A stretch of 64,000 bases of DNA from Fibrobacteria bacterium. Lineage in GTDB: Bacteria; Fibrobacterota; Fibrobacteria; UBA11236; JADFYW01. A program made the position numbers and the translations under genes. The notes under the pieces were generated by a model. It worked only from the letters and a program-made list of their open reading frames with translations. It was not told the origin of the DNA and did not search any database. The stretch lies in NCBI GenBank assembly GCA_050294405.1, contig JBNKOC010000024.1, positions 1 to 64,000 on the forward strand, given 5' to 3'. Position 1 is the stretch's first letter. Every line of letters starts with the position of its first letter. This document shows, piece by piece, positions 29,550-40,274 of this stretch.

Positions 29550-32500
29550 TTATTCCGCTAAGGCGCAATTAGGAAGAGGGGGAGCGTTTTTGGCCACACC
29601 CTGGCGGAAGATGCTGGTCCGGCTAAAACCATTACCAAATTTAAACACAACCTTCCAAATGTAAACTCCGCTGGATACATGTTTGCCTTCTTCGTTTTTC
29701 AAATTCCAGGCTAAGAAACTGGCATACCCTCCACGATTCAAACGCTCGGGGTTTTGCATTTCGCCACAATACCCAAAAGTCTGAGTGAAGCTTTTTATGT
29801 GTTTTCCCAAGTTGTCCACAATAGTTATATCTGCAGAGTAGGCGCTTCCGGAGTATATTCCTATTACAGATAAACAGTTTTGAGGCAGGCGTCTGGGTGT
29901 GAAATCCGGCCTGGGAAATTCAGCGCACCTGGCTTGCAGTTCCTGGGCAATTTCTCCATTTGGCTCCATATACATAGGAGGGATCCAGGTAGAAATGGGA
30001 TCCGCTTTTAATTGGTCCACTTGAATTCCATCGCTATTCAAAATGGGAATACCAGTTACATTTGGCATATTCAATTGCTCCGTAGCCTCGGTTCCGGTGA
30101 TAATTGGGAAAAGAAGTTTGCTGTAAAAATTTTCCAGCTCCCCTTCCAAATCCCCGGTAATAATCACCCTGTTTGCCATAGCCTTGTTTGAATAGGCATC
30201 GGTAAAGTCCGCAAGTGTGGATGCTGTAATACAGTCTCCAATAACTGGCAGCGCATCGGGTGAAGCGTATTGAATCGGAATCACCAAGGTGTTTGGTTCA
30301 TTGCTGGTTTGCGTGACCCCATATTTAATGGGTACAAAAAGACCAGAGTCCTGAGCACACGCCACAGAAAAGCGGAACCAATTGTTTATCAGGGGGCTTA
30401 ACAAAGAATTGGAGTTAATGCCTTCGCTGAAAGTCAATCTCAGGGTATCTTCATTGGTTAATATGGTAAGGTTGGGATCTCCCTGACGCACAAAGCGAGG
30501 AACATCAGCCCTTCTGATTTCGGCGGTTTGCAATATGGGGCCAACCCCATCTTCAATTAATACTTCATACCCCCCTTCCACGGTTAGATATGGGGGATCC
30601 ATTGCGGAAATTTCTGTTAAACCAAAAGGAAACGGATCCGCAGAAAGATCTATTTGCAAAAGAGTGTCGTTTAGCTTTTTAATCATAGCACCAGAGGCTG
30701 ACTTATCCGCGCCACTTTCTGCTGGCCAATCAATGCTGCTTATTAATGTGGGTGTTTCCCCAATGGAATCAGCGTAATAAATGTTAATGGTTTCTACCCT
30801 TCCATCTCCATCCAGATCAAAAGCTGTAGCTGAGGAAATGCTGGGCAAATAAATCAATTTTTCGTAATTGCCAACAAATATGGCACTGGGAAGCCACCTG
30901 TCTTTTACCGCAATGGCTTGCAATTGGGTTGTTTCTGTAATTACAATAGGTTGGCCGGGAACGTATAATATACTGCTGCCGCCCCCTGCAGAATTAGGCG
31001 GCGTTCCATCTAATGTATAGTATATCGTTGCGCCTTCTGTTGGAGTGGAAAGGCTTATTTCCATGGCCTTTCCAAACTGATTACCTCGGGGGTTCGTCAC
31101 CGCAATTGGCGTTTCCACCTGTTTTGGCGGTTCCACGGAGCGATTGATAATAAAATTTTGGGCTTCAAAGGCGCAATTGGAATCGTTCCAGGCAATTAAA
31201 TCATATATGTTATCACCGGGTTTTAGCACCAAAGGAATGTTAAATGTGATGGATGTATCGCTATCCGCCGTATACTGGCTTGGAGGCACTACCTGTCCAT
31301 TTAACATTAAAGTGGAAACACTGCCTATTCCCTCGCTGCGCGCTCTCCCGCTAACTGTAACCAAAGAATCGCTGTCAAACACGTAATAACGGGATTCAGG
31401 AGTTTGAAAAGGCTGATTAATATCCAGATAAACGGTAGCCTTTCTGGCAATAGGATCGCTTATAAAATCCGGACCGTATCCATAAACATGAACACCTTTG
31501 TAATAGGCTGTGACATACTGGGTTGTGGTGTAGGATACCTCAATTTTTCCATCCACCAATTCGTCGGGACGCTCTGAATTTGTATAAACCCCGTTGGGCC
31601 CGCCTTTTTCCAGTGGAATACCCTGAAAATATAAGGGATCAGGAGGGTTGGTATGAGGTCTGAAAGACCAGGCATCGGTAAAATTATTTAAGTCTACTAT
31701 GGTTCTATTTGGCCCCATTATCTGGAGCTGCATAACGGCTCTGTCGGCTACCCCAATGGGAGTGACAATGGTAATAGGAAAATAATAGCTGTCTGGATGT
31801 CCGGGAACCGCCACAGCCTTGGAAAACTGAACATCTAAAAAACCTCCGCTACAGCCCGTAACATCACATAAAGTTTTGTAATCACTGAGCATTTCCCAAT
31901 TCTGAACTTCCGAGGCATTGGGATGGCTAAAATACCACCTGAGCTCTAAACCCGCATATGGAATATCTTCATTATTGGTAATTTGAAGGTAAAACATGGT
32001 GCCATCATTTTTATAAGGCTTGATTTGTATGGTATAGTCCACAAAAACTTCAGTGGTGCGAAAACGATAGTGTTGACCCAGGCTATCTTCCCTATAGCCA
32101 TTGGATAAAACATCATATAAATACTCAGTATCGGGCTCCAAATTATCCAAGGTTACGCTGTGGAAAAAAACCGTGGCTCCATTGTCATCTCCAACCTTTG
32201 ATTGGCTTAGAGGTTCGGATTCGCCATATTGAACCTCACTGGTACTGGGCACATTCAAAGTCCACCATGTTACTTGGGCAGATTCATGGGTTTCATTACA
32301 TACCCTAACATTGGAAAACTCAGGAGGGATGGCATTGTTAAGAGTGGTAAATTGATAAAGTTTGCCTTCATTGTCGTTTATGGATCGGTTATACCGGGAA
32401 TCCATGGAAACAAAATAAAAGTAATAAGTGGTATTCGGAGTAAGCCCTGTGGCAATTTGAATTTTATTCAAGTCCAGTTCATGGTGGGGGTAGCGGAACA

Positions 32501-34595
32501 ATACATTTCCACCTGGGGCATCCAAAATTATAAGGGTATCTCTGGAAATTTCCGACAATTGCCAGGTTATTGTCGCCTGGATATCTTCAGGAACAACCCT
32601 TACATCAAGCATTTCAGGGCCTTGTGTATCGGGAGGCAAATCATTGGAAAGCATTAAAGAGGGCAATACCATTTGTGCAGAAAAATCTGTACAGGTTTCT
32701 GTAAATGTCCATTCATCCCATTTGTCAATTAAATGTTTCTCAGGGTCAGCTCCACCCATAAGAGCTCCCTTTGGACAACGATATTCGTAGGGAATGCCTC
32801 CGGCATTATAACCTTCGGGATTTGCAGCACGATTGTGGGGATGCTGTAAGTTTTTATCTCCGGTACCCATTAAAAAGCTAATATCCCAGGAATTTAGCCC
32901 CAGATTATAATTCATGTTATCAATGCCAACTTCGTAATATTGATTTTCACCAGTTAAATCCCACATCATGAAAATGTCATTAACCAAGCCAAGATTATAG
33001 CGATTAAGTCCCCACTCGAATGAAGTAAATACAAGATTGTAAGGAGGGTGCACACCTATTCCAGGATAACTGGTCCTATCTGGCCCACCAGAACCGTCAA
33101 TCACACCACGTCGAATATTTTCCACAGCATCGATGTACAAAGAGTCCCGAACCACCGGGGTAATACCATAGTCCGCTGCAGTAGCATTGTCTTTTAAAAT
33201 TAATTTGGCCAAGGCATAAATAACATAGGCATTAACCTGTTCATAATCGGTAACCCAGCCACCGTGGTAAAAGGGATTTCGGCCTAATAGCCCTGTTGGA
33301 AATTCTCCCTGATTAAAACCGGCATTCGTAATGTTATCGCCCAGTTCAACATTATCCAATAAATCAAATTTATACTTGGGGTTTTTAGTAACAAACAAAA
33401 GCGATAGAGCTGCCATAGCTTCATCATCAAAAATTTGACCTCCACCAGGGTAACAACATGGCATAATGGTTGAAGAACCTCTTCGGGGGAGGATGATTTT
33501 ATCGTAAATTTCTGCCGCTGCAGCTACTAAGCTGTCTGCGTATTCGGGATCGTAAAAGCGCCAACCCCAAGAGAAAAAAGCCATAGTGGAAGCGTAAAGG
33601 CCAGCAACATTAGACCCAATTCCTGCTGTAACCGGCCTATCCGGGCCGCCTTTGGATTGAGGGTGCTGATCCTGGTGTTCTGGAACATCCCAAAGTTGAT
33701 GATCCTGTCCTGGCCCCATACCAACAGAGTGGTACATGTCGCCATTGTCTATAAGTCCCAGTTCTTTAGATACTTTATAAAGTTTGTATATGTAATCGGC
33801 TCCAACTTTGGCTTCCCATAATAAATCCGGAATTCCATCCGTGCCAAAGGGCAAAGTGTCATTGTATGAAGCCCCATAAAAATCCTCGGCTTTTTCGGGG
33901 AAAATAGCGTAGGTCAAACTTAACACCAAAGCCGCATAACCAAGAGTTTCGCTGTATTTTCCATGGTCTCCGCAATCGTGCCAACCTCCTGTAAGTCTAC
34001 CGGCATATTGGGCGCCCAAAGCAGAACCATCTTTTAAATGACAATCTTTATGGAACCAACTGTTAGTAGCTCCACAACGTTGGACCCCAAAAAATTTAAG
34101 GGAAGTTTCAAAAACCTGATTGTATATATTGGAATGAATGTAAAAAGTGGCCGAGGTATCAATACCATTGACCATATAGTAACGGCCAGGAGTGGTTAAC
34201 TGTGAAAAACTGGCCTGGTACAAGTTTTCGCCGGCCGGGTCCCGAGTCAAAACATAAATAGGCAAATCAGACTGGTAGTAGCCATGAATGCTCATCCCAC
34301 CGCCTACGAAGTTTCCCAAGCTGGTTAAATCTCCTGTATAGGCTACGCTGCCATTTTCCGCGTCAACCACCTGGAATGAAGTTCCATTTGGATTGGCAAC
34401 CACTCCTTTTTTATTTGTATCCTGAGGCCTATAGCCAGATTGATTCACACGGATTTTGCGAATATTCAAATTGGCGCTATCGTTTTGCGGCCGTGTACAC
34501 GTTTGGCAGGTATTATCTATCGATAGCTGAGCGCCCCCCGATTTTAGAAGTAGCAAGACTATCCAAACCCGCCCTAATAATAAGAGCTTTCCCAT
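29550..34595 (-). CDS. Multidomain glycoside hydrolase family 9 (Ig - GH9 - FN3-like x2 - CBM3-like - chitobiase-type Ig - C-terminal sorting domain)
   Basis: IRVNQSGY, GVQRCG, GGWHDCGDHGKY, HPHNR, GALMGG, TETCTD; ATIYYTLDGTPP; WNLKNEEGKHVSSGVYIWK tail. Confidence 0.9.
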   Translation of the reverse strand: MGKLLLLGRVWIVLLLLKSGGAQLSIDNTCQTCTRPQNDSANLNIRKIRVNQSGYRPQDTNKKGVVANPNGTSFQVVDAENGSVAYTGDLTSLGNFVGGGMSIHGYYQSDLPIYVLTRDPAGENLYQASFSQLTTPGRYYMVNGIDTSATFYIHSNIYNQVFETSLKFFGVQRCGATNSWFHKDCHLKDGSALGAQYAGRLTGGWHDCGDHGKYSETLGYAALVLSLTYAIFPEKAEDFYGASYNDTLPFGTDGIPDLLWEAKVGADYIYKLYKVSKELGLIDNGDMYHSVGMGPGQDHQLWDVPEHQDQHPQSKGGPDRPVTAGIGSNVAGLYASTMAFFSWGWRFYDPEYADSLVAAAAEIYDKIILPRRGSSTIMPCCYPGGGQIFDDEAMAALSLLFVTKNPKYKFDLLDNVELGDNITNAGFNQGEFPTGLLGRNPFYHGGWVTDYEQVNAYVIYALAKLILKDNATAADYGITPVVRDSLYIDAVENIRRGVIDGSGGPDRTSYPGIGVHPPYNLVFTSFEWGLNRYNLGLVNDIFMMWDLTGENQYYEVGIDNMNYNLGLNSWDISFLMGTGDKNLQHPHNRAANPEGYNAGGIPYEYRCPKGALMGGADPEKHLIDKWDEWTFTETCTDFSAQMVLPSLMLSNDLPPDTQGPEMLDVRVVPEDIQATITWQLSEISRDTLIILDAPGGNVLFRYPHHELDLNKIQIATGLTPNTTYYFYFVSMDSRYNRSINDNEGKLYQFTTLNNAIPPEFSNVRVCNETHESAQVTWWTLNVPSTSEVQYGESEPLSQSKVGDDNGATVFFHSVTLDNLEPDTEYLYDVLSNGYREDSLGQHYRFRTTEVFVDYTIQIKPYKNDGTMFYLQITNNEDIPYAGLELRWYFSHPNASEVQNWEMLSDYKTLCDVTGCSGGFLDVQFSKAVAVPGHPDSYYFPITIVTPIGVADRAVMQLQIMGPNRTIVDLNNFTDAWSFRPHTNPPDPLYFQGIPLEKGGPNGVYTNSERPDELVDGKIEVSYTTTQYVTAYYKGVHVYGYGPDFISDPIARKATVYLDINQPFQTPESRYYVFDSDSLVTVSGRARSEGIGSVSTLMLNGQVVPPSQYTADSDTSITFNIPLVLKPGDNIYDLIAWNDSNCAFEAQNFIINRSVEPPKQVETPIAVTNPRGNQFGKAMEISLSTPTEGATIYYTLDGTPPNSAGGGSSILYVPGQPIVITETTQLQAIAVKDRWLPSAIFVGNYEKLIYLPSISSATAFDLDGDGRVETINIYYADSIGETPTLISSIDWPAESGADKSASGAMIKKLNDTLLQIDLSADPFPFGLTEISAMDPPYLTVEGGYEVLIEDGVGPILQTAEIRRADVPRFVRQGDPNLTILTNEDTLRLTFSEGINSNSLLSPLINNWFRFSVACAQDSGLFVPIKYGVTQTSNEPNTLVIPIQYASPDALPVIGDCITASTLADFTDAYSNKAMANRVIITGDLEGELENFYSKLLFPIITGTEATEQLNMPNVTGIPILNSDGIQVDQLKADPISTWIPPMYMEPNGEIAQELQARCAEFPRPDFTPRRLPQNCLSVIGIYSGSAYSADITIVDNLGKHIKSFTQTFGYCGEMQNPERLNRGGYASFLAWNLKNEEGKHVSSGVYIWKVVFKFGNGFSRTSIFRQGVAKNAPPLPNCALAE

Positions 34596-34621
34596 TGCTT
34601 CAATTAGTGGGTTTCCCTACC

Positions 34622-36430
34622 CTATTGGTTCAGGTATAACTTACCCTTATAAACCCTGAGTTTTTGTCCATTTAGCTTAAAATTGGGGTTTTGAGGCAAT
34701 ATTCCGTTTTTGTAAAAAAAGGATTCTCCGGTTGCGCGAAAGTTTATCTGGTTATTTCCTAAGTATTTTTTATGGGACTTAATAGAGGAATTTGGCTCTC
34801 CGCTAGCATATTTGGCCAAGGCAAAAACCAAAGCTGCCTGCCAGTTGATGGCAATTTCATTGGTTTCGTAGCTTTCTTCTTCATCCACCCAATCTGTGGC
34901 GCTATGCCCTCCCCCAACAATATATCCAGGCCAGGGGTTATTAGTTCCATCAGCTCCCGACCTCCTGTCATGCGGACGCATTGGCGGTTCGTGGCCAATG
35001 CCGGTTATATAAGATCTACCATAATAATTAGCTCCAAATACATGAGCCAAGGAACTCAAAATGGTAGCGTTGTATTCGGCTTTGGGGCTTATTTTATTGG
35101 CAATATCAAGCGTAAGCGCCTGACGCATTAGAGAACCATTACATCCCCAGTTATATGATTTCCCTAAACTTCGGCCGTAGGCGTCTGAATTTGCAATATT
35201 GACCAAATTGTCCGCTTCGTCCAAAATTTCCTGCTTAATGTCTTCCAGTAGGCCATTATTTCTACCTTCCCGAGTGGAAAGAACATAACTAAACATTCCT
35301 AAATTTTTAACATTGCCCCAATCCCAAATACCATCAACTTTACTGTTTGAAGAAGAGGCGCGGTTCTCAAAATCGGTTAGGAAATCAGGCTCTCCTGTGG
35401 CTTCCCAAAGTTCTGCAGCCATCCATGTTCTGTCATCTCCATCCTGAGTCTGGTAGCCACCGGTGCTGAAATCAGCCAGGTCTGCGTTTTTATTTCCAGG
35501 GTTGGCGGCTAAAAAATTGTAGCTCCGTTTGGCTGCACTTAAACAACTGTCCGCGTACGCAGGTAAATAGGGTCTAAAACTTCGACTTGCCATAGCCAAA
35601 GCAGCGGCAAAAGAAGCTGTGGCAGCAGAACTCCAGTCGGTAAAGTAGCGGGTTTCTCTGTCCTCTTCAGGCATAATAAATGCCGAAAAGTTTAGCCGAG
35701 TTAACTTGTGAGAGACTTTTCCAGAACCATCAGGGTAGCTCATTTTAAGCAACCAATCTGTTTCCCATTTTATTTCTTTTAAGAATTCCGGTAAGTTCGG
35801 ATTTGTTTCGGGAAGATTAAGGGGAATTTCTTCCAACGACTCTCCATAGAGCTGCCAGGCCCATAACAAGTTTCCCAGGGTTACTCCCGCATTTACGGTG
35901 TATTTTCCATAGTCACCAGCATCATGCCAGCCCTGAGTCCCGTCTTTTCGGCCATTGCCGGTTACATATTCGAGATCCCCATCGGATAGATGGCATGCCT
36001 GAGCTTGAAACCGCTCTCCTTTATAATCACCGCTTACCGCAGTGCCGCAACGCCAAAGATAAAAGGCGCGCATGGCGGTTTGATACGGCTCCTGATAAAT
36101 GGAGTTATCAATTTTAAATGGAATGCTTCTTCCAACTCCAGGCACTTCCAAAATATATTCACCAGGTGTATTAAAATCTGAAAAGTCAACAGGATGTACG
36201 GTTTGTCCTACGTCTGATTGATTAACAGCAGGACCTACTGTTCCTTCATAAACGGAATTGCCGGAACCAGCTTCAAGTAAATTAAATTGATTCGCACTAG
36301 CAGATACATAGGCTCGCTTTGCAGCGTTTGGCATGTATCCCAATGAATTTATTTTAATTTCTGAATCCAAAGCAAGAAGCGCCTTTACTGCAACCAGGCC
36401 AAGCACTACTAAAATAGAGTTCAGAGGCAT
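34622..36430 (-). CDS. Glycoside hydrolase family 9 with N-terminal Ig-like domain
   Basis: IKINSLGY, DFSDFNTPGEY, GWHDAGDYGKY, PHDRRS, SYETNEIAINWQA. Confidence 0.93.
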   Translation of the reverse strand: MPLNSILVVLGLVAVKALLALDSEIKINSLGYMPNAAKRAYVSASANQFNLLEAGSGNSVYEGTVGPAVNQSDVGQTVHPVDFSDFNTPGEYILEVPGVGRSIPFKIDNSIYQEPYQTAMRAFYLWRCGTAVSGDYKGERFQAQACHLSDGDLEYVTGNGRKDGTQGWHDAGDYGKYTVNAGVTLGNLLWAWQLYGESLEEIPLNLPETNPNLPEFLKEIKWETDWLLKMSYPDGSGKVSHKLTRLNFSAFIMPEEDRETRYFTDWSSAATASFAAALAMASRSFRPYLPAYADSCLSAAKRSYNFLAANPGNKNADLADFSTGGYQTQDGDDRTWMAAELWEATGEPDFLTDFENRASSSNSKVDGIWDWGNVKNLGMFSYVLSTREGRNNGLLEDIKQEILDEADNLVNIANSDAYGRSLGKSYNWGCNGSLMRQALTLDIANKISPKAEYNATILSSLAHVFGANYYGRSYITGIGHEPPMRPHDRRSGADGTNNPWPGYIVGGGHSATDWVDEEESYETNEIAINWQAALVFALAKYASGEPNSSIKSHKKYLGNNQINFRATGESFFYKNGILPQNPNFKLNGQKLRVYKGKLYLNQ

Positions 36431-36539
36431 AAGCTACCCCTTCCTTTAACAACCAATTTTTTAGTGTCATTCTGGCTAAAAGGGGTTTATTTTTTTTGAG
36501 GAATTGCCGACTATCCCCATTTTTAAGCAAATTCAGCCT

Positions 36540-39362
36540 TTATTCTAAGAGACACCTGATATAGAACCTGTTTGTGCTGAATTTGCTCAAGCCTGTTTGG
36601 ATATCATTGCAATACTCGCCAGATACGGTAAAGGTGGACATGGAGGAAAGATTCTGATCCACTGTACCGCCAAATGTGATCATTCTTCCAGGGGCTGTAT
36701 ATCCATTGTAATCATAAAAACCTCCGGGAATTGCTGAAAAGCCTGTTTGGTTTACCGGATCAATATTGCAATCTGGATTAGAATAAGTCCATTTGGCTCC
36801 AGGCGTATTTTCCACCAAAAAATAATCCGCAGTGGAAGAGCCGTAATTGCTAATTACATACTGGGACAAAGTGTTCCAATCCACATAATCGGGCGCTATC
36901 CAGCCTTCTGGACAAATATTAGTTTCGATCCCATTGGCATACAATCCATCGTTAGAATACATGCGTCCGTAAATGTCGCAATTTGGATTGCTGGTTTGGC
37001 CGCTTAAACTATCTCCATTGCACCAGGAATCATAACTTTCCGGCATATAATTTAAATTTTCCTGAAACCAGCATTGGGTGCCTATATTAACAGTCCCATA
37101 CATCTGGCCGTCTCGTTTATCCGTAAAATCGAAGCCACAGGTCCAGGGAAAATCCACTTCCAAAACTAAACTGCTGTCCACTCCAAATTTATTTTCGGCC
37201 ACAAAATAAATGGATATTTTAAAACCTGGCCGGGAAACGGTTATCCGTTCCCTCAAATCAGGATCTAAGCTTACCGGATTACAAATAATATTTTTATCAA
37301 ACTCATTGACATAACACAAACTGCTTCGGCTAATATTCGCACCGCCATTGCTTTGGATACTGCCAGAAGCTACAATTTCATTTCCTTCAATAACATGAGA
37401 AAAATTTCCCGGAATCGGAGGGCCAAAGGTGTTGGCTGAAGCGATATTTTCCGGCCCAGCCTCTCCGGCGGAATTCAATACAGTGATGTTGTATTCGTAT
37501 TGAGTATTGGGATCCAGGCCAACATCTGTAAAAGATGTGGAATTTTCAGGGAGAGAGGTGATTTCACTAAAATTTGCGCTACCGGCTAATCTTCGATATA
37601 TTTTATAGGAACTTTCGTACAAGTTATTGTCATCCCAGGAAATATATATGGACTCGTCGTCTACCGTATTGGCCGAAAAGTTTGTAATTGTAATTGGCAG
37701 GGGCAATTGAACTGTTAAATTAGCCCTTTGGCTTTTTACCTCTCCCCCTTCGTTCTTTACAATAACCTCAAAAAAGCTTCCGTCATCATCAAGGCTCAAA
37801 ACTTCTGTTTGGTAGGTGGAAGTGGTAGCATTTTGAATAACTATTCCATCCCTGTACCAGCTATAGCTTAAATTTTGTCCAGACGCTTCCACTTCAAAGG
37901 CTGCTTTTTTACCCACTTCCGTAGAAACATCGGTTGGCGGAGTGGTAATCTGGGGTTTGGGAACGGGAGAAATTATTACAGAATCTAAAGCCCAGCTTTC
38001 GCCGCTATTGTTAACAGCTTTCAGCCTATATACATAGCTTGAGTCAATGCTAAAATTTACATCAGAATAAGTTGAGGTATTTTCAGCTAAAGTAGCCAGC
38101 AAAAATTGATTATCCTGGCCCTGGGTATATCGATAAATCTGATAATTATCCTCGTATGAATTATTGTCATCCCAGGATAAAGCCAAAGAATCATTGCCTA
38201 ACAAGCTTCCCTTAAAGTTTGTTGGGTTTATTGGAGGGGGAAGTAATACGATAATTTCTGCCTGGTTGCTGGTTACCTCTCCCCCATCGTTAAACACCAC
38301 AACCTCAAAAAGACTGCCGCTCTCCTCTAAACTGAGAATTGGAGTTTGGTAGCTGGCGGTGGCGGCACCCTCAATGAGAACATCAGTATTATACCATTGA
38401 TATTGCAAATCATCACCCACAGCTTCCACACTAAAAGATGCTTTTTCACCTGCAAATACGGTATCAGATTTTGGCTGAGTTACAATTTTAGGAATAGCTG
38501 TGGGAATAGTTGTTTCCTCTGTAACCCTTAAAAGCGCCGAAGTGGAATAAACAGTATCCCAGGGATTATACGCCATTGCATAAACAACAGCAGAATCCAT
38601 ATCTATATTTGAAGAAAGGCTATAAATGCTTTTGTCTTCGTCTTCTTGTAAAACAGAGTCAAGATACCAGGCGTAAGATACAGATTTTCCATCGGCCTCC
38701 ACTTCAAAGCTGGCAACTTCTCCATTTAATACGGACAGATTTTTTGGGTCCTCGGTAATTTCTATTCGCAAGATATTGTCGGTATCGGTAACAGTTACAT
38801 AGGCTGTATCCCGTAAATCATCATTAAGTTTGGCAAAAACCATAACCTGCCCCTTGGAAATAGGTTTTACTAAGCCTTCGTTGCCCACCTCTGCTATATC
38901 GGGATTTTCTGAGCTCCAAATTGCGATTTGATTATTGGCAGTGGGAAAAACTTTTAATAAAAGTTGCTGCGGTTCTCCCGATACATCCAAAGAAAATTGG
39001 GCAGGAAAAATTTCAATTTTTGGAGCAATGGTTAATTGGTTGCTGGAATAATTATAATGGTAGCTGGATTCATCCAGTAAATTACCTTCTGAATCGAATT
39101 GCTTTATTTTTAATGTAATGGATTTTTTTTCCATTTCGGAAGCCCAAGGACCCTCTGAAAATTTACCCTGGTAAATCACTTTTTCTTTTCCGGAATTATC
39201 CACAAGGGATACTTCAATAGAATCCGTTTCTGGATACAAAGCCTCAGGATTGGGGTTATTAAAATCCACCCGAACTTTGCCCTCATCGCTGACGATTTCA
39301 CAGCTGGACAAAAAACTAAAGGTTAAGCAGCTAATTGCAACTATTAACAAATTTCTAAACAT
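36540..39362 (-). CDS. Surface lipoprotein with Big-2/Ig/FN3 domains and a C-terminal Fibrobacter succinogenes major (FISUMP) domain
   Basis: Lipobox LSS-C; WSSENPDIAEV; duplicated Ig-FN3; FTDKRDGQMYGTVNIGTQCWFQENLNY...ICPEGW...GFSAIPGG...IRCL. Confidence 0.88.
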   Translation of the reverse strand: MFRNLLIVAISCLTFSFLSSCEIVSDEGKVRVDFNNPNPEALYPETDSIEVSLVDNSGKEKVIYQGKFSEGPWASEMEKKSITLKIKQFDSEGNLLDESSYHYNYSSNQLTIAPKIEIFPAQFSLDVSGEPQQLLLKVFPTANNQIAIWSSENPDIAEVGNEGLVKPISKGQVMVFAKLNDDLRDTAYVTVTDTDNILRIEITEDPKNLSVLNGEVASFEVEADGKSVSYAWYLDSVLQEDEDKSIYSLSSNIDMDSAVVYAMAYNPWDTVYSTSALLRVTEETTIPTAIPKIVTQPKSDTVFAGEKASFSVEAVGDDLQYQWYNTDVLIEGAATASYQTPILSLEESGSLFEVVVFNDGGEVTSNQAEIIVLLPPPINPTNFKGSLLGNDSLALSWDDNNSYEDNYQIYRYTQGQDNQFLLATLAENTSTYSDVNFSIDSSYVYRLKAVNNSGESWALDSVIISPVPKPQITTPPTDVSTEVGKKAAFEVEASGQNLSYSWYRDGIVIQNATTSTYQTEVLSLDDDGSFFEVIVKNEGGEVKSQRANLTVQLPLPITITNFSANTVDDESIYISWDDNNLYESSYKIYRRLAGSANFSEITSLPENSTSFTDVGLDPNTQYEYNITVLNSAGEAGPENIASANTFGPPIPGNFSHVIEGNEIVASGSIQSNGGANISRSSLCYVNEFDKNIICNPVSLDPDLRERITVSRPGFKISIYFVAENKFGVDSSLVLEVDFPWTCGFDFTDKRDGQMYGTVNIGTQCWFQENLNYMPESYDSWCNGDSLSGQTSNPNCDIYGRMYSNDGLYANGIETNICPEGWIAPDYVDWNTLSQYVISNYGSSTADYFLVENTPGAKWTYSNPDCNIDPVNQTGFSAIPGGFYDYNGYTAPGRMITFGGTVDQNLSSMSTFTVSGEYCNDIQTGLSKFSTNRFYIRCLLE

Positions 39363-39519
39363 TTTCGACCGCCCAGGTTTGGAAATGATACGCACAAAAT
39401 TTGCACAATGAAAATATGCCTTGCCTCAAGACATATCTCAAATATGTGAATAAATTAATTTTGTATCTAGACTTGGCGATTGCAAAGTGTTTAAAAATTT
39501 TAAATTTGGCGGAGTCCGA

Positions 39520-40257
39520 TTACATTCCCTCCACCATCCTTACATCCACTCCCTTTAAGTCTTTTAGCAAAGCACTTAATTCCGTCTTGTCCGTTTTTCC
39601 TGTGTGGTAAGGAAATAAAATTTTTGGTTTTATAGCATAGACTAAATCCGCAACCATTTCCGGAGTCATTGTATAAGGAAGATTCATTGGCAAAAAGGCA
39701 GCGTACAGTTCATTTAACTCCTTCAGTTCCGGAATATTTTCTGTGTCTCCGGCAACCAGAATTTTGGAATCTCCAAAGCTGAACAGATAACCGTTCCCAT
39801 CCCCTTTTGGATGAAAAAATTCTCCGTTATCCCGCTTGTGAATAAGGTTGTAGGCAGGCAATGCCTTGAAACTGAATTTCCCCATGTTAACTTCATCATA
39901 ATTTTTGAGAGCATTGGCCTTTTTTAAAACTGCTGCCCCAGCTGGGTTGGAATAGATTTTAGTGGATTCTTTTTGTATTTGCTTGATGGCTTCCATGTCC
40001 AAATGGTCTGGATGAGCATGAGTTATTAAAATAACATCGGCCCTGGGAAGTTTGCTGTAGTCTGCCTTTTTAGACCAGGGGTCAATATGAATGACCTGTT
40101 TATTAAATTCAAAAATCAATGAAGCATGGCCGATAAAATGTATGGTTAAAGGTCCCGCCTTAGTTTCTAATTTTTCTGTTTTGAGTTGGCCAAAAGCACT
40201 CCAGATAGCGACTAACAAAAGAACTGCGGTATTTTTAATTTTTATTTTCCCGGTCAT
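39520..40257 (-). CDS. Metallo-beta-lactamase fold hydrolase
   Basis: GHAS, IDP, THAHPDHLD, AGDT, PYH. Confidence 0.9.
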   Translation of the reverse strand: MTGKIKIKNTAVLLLVAIWSAFGQLKTEKLETKAGPLTIHFIGHASLIFEFNKQVIHIDPWSKKADYSKLPRADVILITHAHPDHLDMEAIKQIQKESTKIYSNPAGAAVLKKANALKNYDEVNMGKFSFKALPAYNLIHKRDNGEFFHPKGDGNGYLFSFGDSKILVAGDTENIPELKELNELYAAFLPMNLPYTMTPEMVADLVYAIKPKILFPYHTGKTDKTELSALLKDLKGVDVRMVEGM

Positions 40258-40274
40258 AAACTTAGCTCCTGTTT

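Noticed and set aside
36431..39520. Diversity-generating retroelement targeting the FISUMP domain
   Set aside because: FISUMP-type domains can be DGR targets, but I saw no reverse transcriptase and no second copy of the 3' region differing at adenines in the window.
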